DNA from: Octopus vulgaris | Lineage: Eukaryota | Direction of reading: 5' to 3' | NCBI GenBank assembly: GCA_951406725.2 | Contig: OX597815.1 | Coordinates: 32,860,001-32,924,000 of the forward strand | Length of the DNA: 64,000 nt | Shown: positions 1 to 13,100 of the stretch, in pieces | Layout of the letters: each line of letters opens with the position of its first letter | How positions within the stretch are numbered: the first letter of the stretch is position 1 | Notes under the pieces: generated by a model | What the model was told of the DNA's origin: nothing | Seen by the model: only the letters and a program-made list of their open reading frames with translations | Database searches by the model: none | Program-made: the position numbers and the translations under genes

Positions 1-1566
1 GATAGCCCTGCTAAGACCTCACAGGGTTTGCAGGAATGATGAGGGACAGTGAAAAGGGAAGAAGAAACTATGATTCTTGTATTGCTGCATTAGAGAGTAT
101 CTCATCAAGATATCAAGTTGCACACCTACTTTATGGTCAAGAGGCACCAAGCCTCTTCACACAACCACCTAAAACTGCTTTAATCATATTAGCATAGAAA
201 ACCATTTGTGAAGCTATAAGAAGCAGTATATGGGGGTTGAATGAATCATCTATACTTCACATCTTTAGTAGTGTAAGTTCTCACTTCTTTAAAATAATAA
301 GTAAATTTCTGGACAGCTTGCAGTATTGCTCTGAAAACACATGTTTAATGTATTTTCTGAGTCACAATATGTTCCCTTTCTACTATTCATATTTTGGGTG
401 GTCTTTCTGTCCTCATGTTCTGGTTATCAGAGAACAAATGAACACGGAACTTGTTCATCTAATACTTAAGTGATCCTGCAAACATAGTTTATTAGATACA
501 GCTGTAACTGTAAATACTTATTAGATTTCTAGAAGAATAATGTTTATCCGACTTGGCTGGAGTTAAATAAGCAAAAAGAATAAGATTCGTGAGTATGCTG
601 TGAAGGAACTTTCCTCATAACATATGAACATTCCTTAGTTTTTGCTTTTACTAGACATAATTAGGATGTCTACTTCTCCCTGTTATATTACTGGTACTTA
701 TTTTATAATCTCTTTGAAAGATGACAGAAGTCTAACCTTGTAAGGATTTAATCACCAAACTGGAAGCTGTCTAATTGCAGTTCAGTTATTCAGTCTAGTC
801 TGATACTCAAACTATTTATTCAGAAAATGTTAGAAGGACTAGCTATTAGCTTGAACTCTGCTAAATATTGACAAATTCTACCAAAAACATGAGGTAGAGT
901 CATCATTTAGTGAAAATACAGTTATAAAATATAAACAGTTCCTTATCAGACATTTGTACACTATTGTATTAGAAGATTCTACAAGAAACATGAGTTGCAT
1001 TCTCATATTTCTTGAGAGAAAAAAGAAAATAGATTTTTAACTCTTCTATCACATTTTCAGATCCTTCTTTGGACAATATCTTCAAAGAGAACAGCAATTC
1101 TATGATAACATTCTCTACTCCTTTTTATAGCACCTTCTCAATAAAATATTTGCTGAGAAGATTAGAAGAATTTTATATCCTTAAGATATGATTAAGAACA
1201 ATGTTCTACCTTCTTCTCTAACACCATTTTGAATGGTGGCCACAACTACATGTGTACAATATTTTCCATATAAGTCCTTCTCAGAAGCTTACATTTTAGT
1301 TGCTTCATATTTAATTTTGGCCGAGCACTTCTAATTAGATATTTAAAACAAGATTACAAAACACAGTATTTCATCTGTTCAGTGTTAAATGTTAAAGACC
1401 TTGGTGACTTTCAGTGTCTGAACTTTATCCACACAGCTGTGAGCAAATCACTATCAAACAAGGAACCAAGCACTTTGGTGGGCCATTACTCTTTCGTACA
1501 CTTTTACACCATATTTTTAATGCATGCTTTTTTATGTTTTTTTGTTGCCTGTTTGTGTTTTTACAG

Positions 1567-1644
1567 TCAAGCTACCGCAGCCCCAGTCCTACCGGTTCCT
1601 ACTCCTCACAATCAACCTCCAGTAGTTTGCGCAGGTTACAATCG
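1567..1644 (+). CDS. ABLIM: ABLIM/UNC-115-like gene, internal exon (78 nt, phase 0-0; SSYRSPSPTGSYSSQSTSSSLRRLQS)
   Basis: Long pyrimidine tract + ttacag acceptor and TCG|gtatgt donor. Open Ser/Pro-rich frame, GC-richer than flanks, phase-compatible with the 26507 exon. No diagnostic domain, so linkage to the gene is inferred. Confidence 0.7.
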
Positions 1645-4422
1645 GTATGTTAGTCTACAACACTGCTTCATTTTGTAACTTTTTATTTATTTTTAAAATA
1701 TGTTTTTTTTTTTTTTCACTTTCTCTCAATTTTGTATTGCCATTTAAGTGTGTCTGCATGTGTATATCAGTACAATAACTTTGAACTAATATTGCCATTA
1801 TTTCTGTCTTTCAGGTTTTCCTTTAATTTGAATTCTGTTCAGACTAAATAAACTTCAAAGAACTTTTTTTATATTAATGAGTTCTGAAAGCACAAAACAT
1901 GAAATATTTGTACCAGAAATAATACTGTTTCAGATGAAAATAAGTCAGAACTAGTTATAATCAATTACTATCAATGGAATATTATAAAAAAGAAGAAAAA
2001 AATGAAATTAGTAGTCTATGTGATATACATTTGAAAGAATAACTGGATTGGTATAAGTTTAAAAATATTGAATATTGCTGTTTTATAGGAAAATCTTAGT
2101 GTAGAAAGTGTTTGTATGTGAAGAATTAATTAAAAAGTACTCTATAAGGGTTATTTCTCTAAAGGTTTATAGACTTTTGAGATAGGTTTGACAATGAAAC
2201 TAACAACAGGTTTAAAGTTGAAGAATTTGTTAGCCTTCTTGATTTTATTATATGTGAAAATGATAGTGGATACCATTTTCCTGAATTTTCTGTCATTAGT
2301 TCAGCTTAAAAATACAATTTCAAATCCATTCAATAATTTTTACATTGTTTACCATATATTTTCTTTAATCCAGTAAAATTGAGTTTTTATATTAAAAAGC
2401 TCATTTGTTCTTTATAACAAACTTTTTCTCTAGCTTCGGAGATCACTTTGTTCATATATTTTTTCTATTTTTCCTTTCTATTAATTGATTTTTCCTACTT
2501 TAGCTATTAAGTAAAACTAGCTACAACACACTATCTATTGTTACTTTGAGAAATAGACTATCAACAAACATTAGTTGTCCAATTATTTCTCTCCTTTCAC
2601 AAGTTCCTCACATCATCCACATATGTTACATACTCTTTTTCGGTGGAATTATTTGCATGTTCCTCTCCATTTATAACTTAATATGGCAGAAACATTGAGA
2701 GTTTACCAACTAGTTACTGAAAATTAATTTTCTTTCCAATAATGGTCACATCACATTAATATAACTGGGAGGAGACCTAGGAGGTAAACTAGGAATGAGG
2801 TGGTTGGATAATATCCTTAGTCTCTGTTGGTTGTGCTTGAGAATCCAGCTGAAAAGTATAATGATGGTTGCTTCTGATAGGACCCTATTGAAGAGGGGCC
2901 TGAGCACTCTACTCCCATGACCCTTCCCATGCATAGAGGGTAGAGAAGATGATGGATGGATGCAAGCCAATGAGGAAGTCCTTATCTGATTGCTCATCTT
3001 TGGTAGAAATAGCAGTCAGATCTCCCTCAGATCACACTTCACTGTCTTAAAAAAGGGAAGACCTCACATTAGATGATTTACCTAGATACTCTACCAAAAA
3101 TATACAGGGTGGGTACAGGTGGGATGCTTATGTTTGTAAGTCTCAATCATGGTAAAATATTTGCTTTCGTTTAAAGATACTTTTATATTTTTTACTAAAG
3201 CTCCCAAATTAGCCAATTATATACTTTAAAAAAAATAAACATAAAAATCTGTTGTTGTTTTTTTTCTTTTTACCTTTTTATGAGGGTGTGGGGTGGTGGA
3301 AAAGGGAAAGGAAATTTTTGATTCTGCTGCTATGTGATGCATTTCCTATGCAGCATTACAACAATTACTACAAATAACTTTAAAGAATTTTTACAATGAG
3401 CATAATTAATTAGCAACTCTTCATACTGTTTGAAGATTTTTTCTCTATTTTATTTTTCTACTAAGAAATTAGAATCTTCAGCCTCAGTTTTTTTCTCTTG
3501 GTATTTTTTGCCATTCACATTTCTCCTCTTTTTCTTTATCTCTTCAACATCCTCTCTCTTTGTTTTTTACATCCTAGATTGTTTCCTATTTCAAGGGCAT
3601 TTCATTCTTGAAGCTTGACATTTAGGAGATTTTTCTATTCATCCCTCTTGTAACAGATACAGTGTCGTTGATAAACAGCAATTTTCTGAGGCATGTCTGT
3701 TAGTGTATTATATTTATATGGCACTGTTTACTATCTTGCAATCTGTAGCCTTTGACAATTTTTCTTTCCGAATTCCTCATCAAATTTTCATCTTATCTTT
3801 ACTACATTTCTTGATATATTTTCATAATGGATTTTGTTTCTTAAAATAGCTTTCTTTAAAATTCATTGTTAAGCCCAATGGACTATTTTGTATATGATAT
3901 CAGTACTTCAGCATTCTCATTAAGTCTACATTCTCTTCATTTAAAAAAAAAAAGAAAAGAAAAGGTAGGAAAAAAAAGGCTATATCAAAAAAGTCATTAG
4001 TGAAACATTTCAAAGTTTTCTCTTTGCCTTACTAATATTCTTTCTATTCTTAATTTTCTAAAACTTCTCATTTTTATCCTAGTTATTTATCTTGAATGCA
4101 GTGAGTTAAAAGAAAAGGTAAATTACTTGATTAACTGCCAAGGAGCAGTAGGTTTTGTCCTTCCTACATTCAGGTTTCAGATATCTTACTGGGATTGACT
4201 TTGCTCTTCATCCCAACAGGTTTACCTGTCTTGTAGCATACCTCTTTCCTACAAGTTAGTGGCCCTATATCATCGATGAAATGGAGAACTATTTTTCCAT
4301 TGAAACTTTACTTTGCTTCTAAATGATAATTTTCCCCCCATTTTGAAGAAAATCAACATACTTATATGTGTGTGTGTGTTTATATACATATATGTGTGTA
4401 TATCTATCTGCCTATCTATCTA

Positions 4423-4462
<40 letters not shown>

Positions 4463-4847
4463 CTGTATATGTGTTTATATGTATATATATATATGTGTGT
4501 GAATAAAACGTTTTTGGTAGCATACAGAATAGTATGCTTGTGATAATAAAAAGGTTAGAAGAAATGAAGGATTTGTTCCTTAGTTTATTTATGTACCAGT
4601 ACAGAATGTCTTCAGATTTTCAGGGAAATGGCATGGAATAAAATAGAATAAATACAGAATAAAGCAGAATATTTAGTGAAGCACAAACATTGTTAAGTAT
4701 TAGAAGAAAAATAATGCAAATATTCTACTTTATTTTTAAAAATTTTATTCCATTATATTTCCTTGGAATTTTGACAACTTTTTGTTCCTGTATAATAAAT
4801 AAACTAAGGAACAATTCCTTCATTGCTTCTAACCTTGTTATTTATTT

Positions 4848-4888
<41 letters not shown>

Positions 4889-5216
4889 CCTACATATATA
4901 TCTTATTACCTATATATATATATATATAATAAAAGGGTGAAATTAATTAATTAGGGATAATTATCAATTACACCAAGTAGATTTCGGTATGTAAAAGCCC
5001 CATTCGAGGAAAATTTAAGTAATACTAAGTAATTAAGGGTTTAGCAACGAATTGCCTCACCAACACACCGAATTTAGAAATAGCAGTCAAAGAGATATAG
5101 CTATTCCTTCTACTAAAAGGGGGATCTCAGTAAAAACACAGCACTTAAAAGGCAAACACAGACAGGTAAGAAAGAAAGAATGAAATGACGGCAATCCATC
5201 ATGCAATTTTAAGTTA

Positions 5217-5308
5217 CCTACGGACGTACGTTTCGAGATCAAGTTTTAGGATATCATAAGAATTAGAAAATTCTACTTTACCCAGACTTCTTCTCTCATC
5301 GGCGCAGG
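5217..5308 (-). ncRNA. Type I hammerhead ribozyme-like motif (U4C core variant)
   Basis: CCUGCG-CCGAUGA-GAGA-(long loop)-UCUC-GAAA-CGUACG-UC/CGUAGG: 6-bp stem I, 4-bp stem II, palindromic stem III, GUC triplet. Confidence 0.6.
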
Positions 5309-5709
5309 ATACTACAATTGTGAATAATTGTATATTAAATTTTGAGATACTAGAATGCGTCATCTCAACTCAGTGTCAGAGCGAGCCAAAGCATGACCAG
5401 TACCACGAAATTCAAAGTTTGAGTGAAAGTTTGTGTCACCAGCCCCCTTCCACCCGCGTGTAGCCAAGACAAAATGCTGTGGTCATTAACTGGGATAAAA
5501 TATGGTTATCAGTAATAATAAAAGGGTGAAATTAATTAATTAGGGATAATTATCAATTACACCAAGTAGATTTCGGTATGTAAAAGCCCCATTCGAGGAA
5601 AATTTAAGTAATACTAAGTAATTAAGGGTTTAGCAACGAATTGCCTCACCAACACACCGAATTTAGAGTATCTCAAAATTTAATATACAATTATTCACAA
5701 TTGTAGTAT

Positions 5710-5801
5710 CCTGCACCGATGAGAGAAGAAGTCTGGGTAAAGTAGAATTTTCTAATTCTTATGATATCCTAAAACTTGATCTCGAAACGTGCGTCCGTAG
5801 G
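5710..5801 (+). ncRNA. Degenerate inverted copy of the hammerhead-like motif
   Basis: Same sequence but CCUGCA (A-C mismatch at the stem I pair next to the core) and CGUGCG in stem III. Confidence 0.45.
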
Positions 5802-6127
5802 TAACTTAAAATTACCACAGCATTTTGTCTTGGCTACACGCGGGTGGAAGGGGGCTGGTGACACAAACTTTCATTCAAACTTTGAATTTCGTGGTACTTG
5901 TCATGCTTTGGCTTGCTCTGACACTGAGTTGAGATGACGCATTCTAGTATCTCAAAATTTAATATACAATTATTCACAATTGTAGTATCCTGCGCCGATG
6001 AGAGAAGTCTGGGTAAAGTAGAATTTTCTAATTCTTTCCCCTTTAGTATAAGATAGCTATATCTCTTTGACTGCTATTTCTAAATTCGGTGTGTTGGTGA
6101 GGCAATATATAAACCCTAATTACTTAT

Positions 6128-6161
<34 letters not shown>

Positions 6162-6279
6162 TATATCTATACATATATATACACACACATATATATATCT
6201 ATACATATATATATATATACATATATATACACATATATATCTATACATACATACATATGTATATGTATATATATATATG

Positions 6280-6325
<46 letters not shown>

Positions 6326-6331
6326 TAGATG

Positions 6332-6368
<37 letters not shown>

Positions 6369-6384
6369 CATATATAGATGTATG

Positions 6385-6424
<40 letters not shown>

Positions 6425-6434
6425 TATATAGATG

Positions 6435-6509
<75 letters not shown>

Positions 6510-6760
6510 TTGTTTTTGTTTTTGTTTTTCCAGTTTCAGCTTTTGAGCTGTGGCCATGCTGGGGCACCGCCATTGTGGTGAAAGAGTACAGCAGGGATCA
6601 CCACCCCCTGCCGGAGCCTCCTAACCACTAGGCCATTGCGCCTCCTATATATATATAGATGTATGTATATATATATATATATGTATGTATATATATATAT
6701 ATATACATATATAGATGTATGTATGTATATATATATATATCTATATATATAGATATAGAT
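6128..6760. repeat. Compound (TA)n microsatellite region
   Basis: Direct observation. Other (TA)n tracts at ~4427-4495, 4850-4927, 29537-29575, 29664-29692 and 55584-55630. Confidence 0.95.
6505..6645 (-). mobile_element. Internally deleted tRNA-derived SINE
   Basis: Reverse strand reads GGAGGCGCAATGGCCTAGTGGTTAGG fused to AGGCTCCGGCAGGGGGTGGTGATCCCTGCTGTACTCTTTCACCAC (as in the 26754 and 61805 copies), then a GCCCCAGCATGGCCACAGCTC..GCTGAAAC tail. Confidence 0.75.
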
Positions 6761-7074
6761 ATATGCGTACACACTCGCACATACACTTTTTTAATGTCTT
6801 TCTATTGTGTCAGTCTTTCCTATATATATATTAATACCACTGTAATAAATTATGTTTGTGTACACATATAATCTTTGAAAATAATGATTTACTGTGGAGC
6901 AATATCGGTGGCAAGTTGATTTAATTTTCTTTTCTATCTCAACCTCTCTTATTATGTATTTGAATTTTTTAAATGATATCCACACAAATCAATAGAAATG
7001 CACTCTCTCTCTTTCTCTCTCTCTCTTTAATTTCATTAAGTTAATTGAAGTCTAATGAAAAAATATTTTCTTAG

Positions 7075-7140
7075 TGTCTTATGCAATCATTTGCTGGGAT
7101 GTGCTTGCCTGTGCACCGTTTATCTGGGGTGAGCAAACAG
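7075..7140 (+). CDS. Candidate alternative exon (66-nt cassette or alternative first coding exon; ATG at 7081, MQSFAGMCLPVHRLSGVSKQ)
   Basis: ctaat branch-like motif, ttttcttag acceptor, CAG|gtcagt donor. Open in phase 0 and would splice in frame to the 26507 exon. No homology support. Confidence 0.4.
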
Positions 7141-10100
7141 GTCAGTATTTGATCTCTCGGTCTACTACTACTACTATTACTACTACTACTGCTGCTGCTG
7201 CTAATAGTGGTGTTGCTGTATATTTGTTGTCATCCATTGCCATTGTTGTTATTGTGTTGTTGTTCTCCTTTCATGCACACTCTACAAATATACACACACA
7301 TATAAACACATATTTCTTTCCATTCTTATTCATTAATTAAAATCAAGTAGCTATGTAAAATAAATAAAAACTAAAGTACAGAGCTGAATGGGTGTGGCTG
7401 ATGATAACTGCAATAAGCATATAATTTCAATAGGTTGAATTTAATAATTAATGAAGCTGAAATAGTTAGTTAATGGTTTCATTCACCAGGGAGCATAAAT
7501 AAAGATTTATAGTTTGTTTATCAGCCAACTAAACATATTGGATAGTATTTTTGGCCAAATATTTTCTTAATAACCCACTGTTTGTTTCTATTATACGAAA
7601 ATTAGAGGACTTGCCCTTTATTTAGCTCATACTTAAGTATTCATGTACCATTGGTTTTACTAACATTTGATAATGAGTTATTAACTAAATGTAAATACAA
7701 GTATAAAAAAAGATAAGTTAATTATTTATAAAAAAATTAATTATTTTTCTCCTTTGTTCGAACTATAATTTAGAATTTTAGTAAGAGCACAATATCTAAG
7801 TTCCTCTGACCCTTATGAAAATCAAAACAACTTAGTGAAAGAAGCTTCAAGGATTAAAGGAGTTTACTGTATTACCTGAAAGCCATGAAACTTCTTTTGA
7901 ACAGTGTATCAATATAACCATTCTGTTGACAGTTACTAAGGGAAAAACTTAATTTTAAGATGGCTTTAATAAATATTGTCTCAAAACAATTATAACACTT
8001 TATAGTACTCCTGCCAATTTGTTTACTTTCTGAGTGTTAACGTTTTGTTATTTAACTCAGAAAATATATTCATATCTGGAAGTATTTCTGCTATTCCATG
8101 TCTACAGGATGTTCCATATTACACTCAGTTGTACTCTACATTTCATTCAAATGGAAGACACAGCTCTCATTGGAAAATAATTTTCTACAGAAAGTTTACA
8201 ATAGAATATTTTCATAGAATAATTATGAAATATGTAATAAATCTTGCAAAAGTATGATACCAAAGCTAGAACTAATTTAAAATGTTTGGTATCTATAAAA
8301 CCTCTCCTCTGTTTTAAATGTGTCAAAACAAACTTGTGTCTTTCTATGCTTTGTTGAAAGAATTTCACTTTTATCAAACCACCCTTGATATTATTGTGAT
8401 GCACCTGTAATATTACAACCACTTATACTGCACTTACACACCAAACACCTGTACTTTGTGCCAGTTTTATTCTCTTCCTCTTTGCACACTTTATCCTAGA
8501 ACAACCAGCTATTTAGGAGTATACTTAGTGCAATTTGTACTTTAAGATAATTTATTAGTGTTTGACAGTGTTTTGTTTCAATGCCATACTATAATATAGA
8601 GTATCTTCTTCAAGTTGTCATGACTATAGAATATAACTATAAACTTTTAACTGATATTATATGTATTGATAGTTGGAAACACTGTATTTATACACAATAT
8701 TTTCATGGACAGTAAAAGAGGGACCAGTCAATTTTGTTTTGGGATTTGATCAGCAATTAAGTACTGTCTTTAACTATTGACCGAATCACTGCTTTATAAA
8801 CCCATTAAGGGCTTACTTCTGTACATGAAAATATTATGTATAAAGACAGTGTTTTTATATCTATCTACATACATAGTGTTGGCTACAATTTATAGGTATA
8901 TTCTGTAGTACTGTATGGCATCAAAACAAAATACTGTTAACACACTAGTAATCTATTAATTAAACTAACTACCAAGAATCTATTACACATGCAAATTAGT
9001 CTGTCTAATTTAAGATCCCCTTAGTAATAGTGGGTTTGTAAAAAGTGGACAGTTAAGGAGAATACTCAGTCACTGATGAAATTCCAATGCAGGATTGAAA
9101 ATAGGCAAAATACGTTTACATTTGTATAAATAATGTTGGCTAGTAATTTATTGTTATATTCTATAAAACATTATAACTTTAAAATAAATGTTGCAAGATA
9201 AATAAATTCTACTACCCTGTAGTCTGTTACTAACATTTGTAGATTCCTTTCTTTTGAATTGTAGTATAAACTGATTTAAATATTAGGCTATCAATCCTGT
9301 AAACTCTTCATTAATAACAATAAACTTCATAGAAACATTTATAACAACTTTTAATGAGTTGAAACCCCTTATTTGAAACCCCTTAAAAATTTACAAAAAA
9401 ATATCTATTTTCAATTAAATGTTATCGATTTATATATTATCTTCTATATATTTTCATTTAGTATTTTACTGAATTGCATTAAGTCATGTATATTGATTAA
9501 ATTTGTAAATAAATCTGAATAAATATTAAAAACCCTAATTTTAAAATTCAACTTTGAAACTTGGTAATTAGTGACTTGAGTTATTTATTTATGCAAAACT
9601 TTTATACAACACCCTTTTAAATAGTTGCTGCAACACACAAGCTTTGATATTTTTATTATATTCAAATCTTGTAATTTGTAAATCTAAAATTTTGAAAATA
9701 TTTAGTAAATTTAAAAGTGTTGTTTAAGAAACAAACTGTTATGTTAGTGTCTACATTTGTTGAGAATATGTTTACGTCATTATTTCAAATTGTTGTAAAG
9801 CTATTAATTTGATTAACAAGAGATTTAAATTGAGATTATAATAAGCATTTAATTAAACTATGTACCTACCTGTGTTTATAATAATTTAAGAAAGGAAAGA
9901 AAAAGATTCATTTGATATAAATAAGTGGGTGGTGTCTATCTGCTCAGCATCTACATTTTGATTAACACTCATCTACATCTGAGTATCATGGCATTTAATC
10001 AAGAATTCTTTATATCACCTCTACTGTAGTTTCTATCTAATGTTTACTCTTCCTATAACTATTTGGTCCTTTATATCTGTCATTCCTTTAATTTCCAGTT

Positions 10101-13100
10101 CCTTTCATAAATCCATCTGGAAAAAAACCCCAGAAAAAGTAAAAGAAAAAAGAAACTTTTGATAACCCCATGAAATTTAGATTTTACCAACTTTCAATTT
10201 ATTTTTATGTTAGGCCAGCCTAATTATGAGTCTCATTGTACCCTTCCATTATCAAAGTTTCATCAATGAAATCAGGTTTGTTTTCCAAAAAACTCTTGTT
10301 CATCACCTAAAATTCCTTTATAAGAGATGAGTAATACATCATTGTAGGCATGATTTATTTCTGTCTACAAATCAGTTTAGCTGACTTGATTCTTGCTTCA
10401 TGCAGCTATTGTCTAGACTAATTCATGCTGGTATGATTTGAATAAAGATCATCTGATGTAATTTGAATGAAGATCAACAAATTGGATCTATCTTTGTTCT
10501 TCTCTCAATATATCTATTGGGATTTGTACTAAACTTTTTCTTTTCTTTGCATTGAAGCTTGAAATAAAAAGGTACATTTGATACTATACTGGGTCTTGAA
10601 GACTTTTATACAGTAAAGAGATTTCTCTTTTGCTAATTATTACTGTAGCTTCTTTGTTTTGCAATTACTATATCAATAAAATTTTGTACACTGCACTAGT
10701 TAGATCATTTTCAGAATTGCAACTCTAGACTTCTTTACTTTGTGGTTATTCTGTTTCTATTACTGTAGCAATTACATCCAATAATTCTTCCATTTCATCC
10801 CATTTACTAACTGAAATTCATCTATTACCATCTTACCAGTCAATCATTATTTCTATATTAAAATGTCAAAAAGCCATAGAATGAACCAAACTTTATCATT
10901 CCTTCTCTGAAGTTACTTTGGGAAACCTTCTTATCTATAATTCTATTTTTTTTTTCTATTTTATTATTAACTGTAAGATAAATCCATAGCTTGAATTTAT
11001 TTTTTCATTTAGTTCATATTCTTCTTGTCTAAGGATAATAAAAGGGTAATTAGATTTGTTGTGATACCAGATATCTATTTCTAAGGTTTTTGTAGCCTTC
11101 CATTTTTTTGTTATTACTTAAAAAAAAAAGGACATCAAGACAGAAGTCAACAATAGAAGGTCCTTCATAGTATCTAATGCTGCAACTTTCAACTTTCCTT
11201 TAATTGCTGGTAACACTTTGTACCTATTTCTCTTTGTTATTTTGTTAAACTAGTATCCTCTTTTTAAACTTCTTTTTTTTTATCTTAGGTTTTAATTTTA
11301 ATTTCTGAAATCCTCTCAATCACAATATCTTATTTTAAGCTGGTATTTGGATTTTAGGTCATGAATCACTAAAAGTCAGGCTTGAATTGAAACAGTAAAA
11401 GACATAGAAGGGAAAATGACAAGCTGGAAAGTTAAATTTACAAATGATGCGAATCTGAAGTGTTACCTAAGTAGAAAGAAGTGTACATATAGAAAGTTTA
11501 TTAGTCTCAAGGAATTGTATTGAAATTTGAGTTAATGTCATCTGATATACCACATATGTAAAATGATATTAGAAAGTGCGTGGTAGATTTCAAAGAAAAA
11601 CATTGTCCTTTAAGATACTTTTAATATTAGTCATCATAGAAATTTCCACAACTAGTTCAAATCCTTGCATTTAGTTGACTATCTGAGATAATGTAACTTA
11701 ATATGATTCTGCTAAAGATTATAATATTACTGTTTGTGCACCTTAAAGAAAGAAGGACGTGTCTGCTCAGTCATTTGTCCGCTCAGTCAATCAGTGTACT
11801 ATCAATGGCCTGGCGAGGGAAGTCAGTTGCTCCTGGGAGAGGTGTGAATCATTTCCTCTGATATGTTATACCTATTCTTAAGGTGCAGGTGTCAAAAATA
11901 TCTCCTTGTTATGTCAGTGATTATACACACACACACACACCATAAGCAAGTGAAATTATTGATTACACTTACGTAGAATGCTAGAAAATTATGAAGCAGT
12001 TCTTTATTTTGACCAGCTGGCTTTCTTTAGCTGCAGGAACGTTTTATTCTGGCTATAGATACTTTAGACTTTAAGAATAGATCAGTCATGAGAATAATTG
12101 TGGCCTGTGAGACTTTCTGAATAGCACACCCAACAAAAAAATTATCTTGAATTTTTTTAGTAGTGCAGCCCATTTGATGATGAACCATGTCTCACCTGGC
12201 CCACTTCTCAATTGATTTTTCCTTATCACCTATTTTCTGCAATACTACTTGTCTCCAATTTATGTGGAACATTTGAACTGCTGTCTGAGAAAATTTCATG
12301 TTATTACCAAGGCATGACCAAATATGATGATACGTGTTGAATGAAAATTATGCTTGCACATTTCATAACACATAGAGAACATTACATAGGTAATAGCTAA
12401 ATTTGTCCAAGTGAAATCCACAATATATGATTATAGAGAAGCCAAGAGCTGTTTATGTTCTGAAGCACACATCTGACAGATTAATGGTACAAACTCCATT
12501 TTTGTGAAAGAGGTAGATCCACTATGAGCTTGTGGTGTGATATAAAATAGTATACTGAGCACAAATATTATAACAGCAATATTTTACCTCCTGCTTAATG
12601 TTGGATGTCATCAATTAGTGAACAAAGCTATAACCAGAAAATAGTTCAATTGACTAAATGTACCATGATTCTGTCTTTTTGAGAGAGGATCTGCAAAATT
12701 AGTGATGGCCACTGTGCTAAGACGGCACGTACTATGGCCACTGTGCTAAGAAGCAGACAAGTAATGACAGGTGGAGAGAGATACCTGAAAACCTAATATT
12801 TCCCTCAGACAAAACTTAATCAGTACACAACACATATTAGAGACTTTCATGTCATGTTGTTTGATGTGAATGGTTGAGTTTATGATTAATTTCCCTGGAG
12901 TTTAAATTTTGAAAACAGTTATGACTATAGTTTCAGTTAATTGTGATTTAAACAGAATGAATAATTGATGCTATTGGTAGTAACTTTATTTAAGTCTGAC
13001 TATATTTAATGTGTTTGTAATTCTTGTTAATGTTGCAGTTAAAATTACTCTTAACTTGCATGTTGCTTTCAAAAAATCAAAAAAAATCATGCATATCAAC

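Larger units (their letters stand above)
4927..6125. mobile_element. Rearranged Penelope-like (pLTR) or retrozyme-like element with direct and inverted duplications, in a (TA)n tract
   Basis: 152-bp direct repeat (4927-5078 = 5516-5667). 5668-6105 consists of inverted copies of ~5205-5350, ~5256-5484 and ~5051-5124. Contains hammerhead-like motifs. Confidence 0.65.

Noticed and set aside
1061-1191. Good acceptor (ttttcag) followed by an open frame
   Set aside because: No donor before the stop codon and no similarity to the ABLIM family.
4313-6871. ORFs rich in YI/IY repeats
   Set aside because: Translations of (TA)n microsatellites; TA repeats lack stop codons.
9073-9110. CTGATGA-AATTCC...GGATT-GAAA, hammerhead-like boxes
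   Set aside because: No convincing stem I or stem III, and no NUH site; likely chance.
12705-12751. 18-bp direct repeat ATGGCCACTGTGCTAAGA
   Set aside because: Isolated micro-duplication with no further structure.
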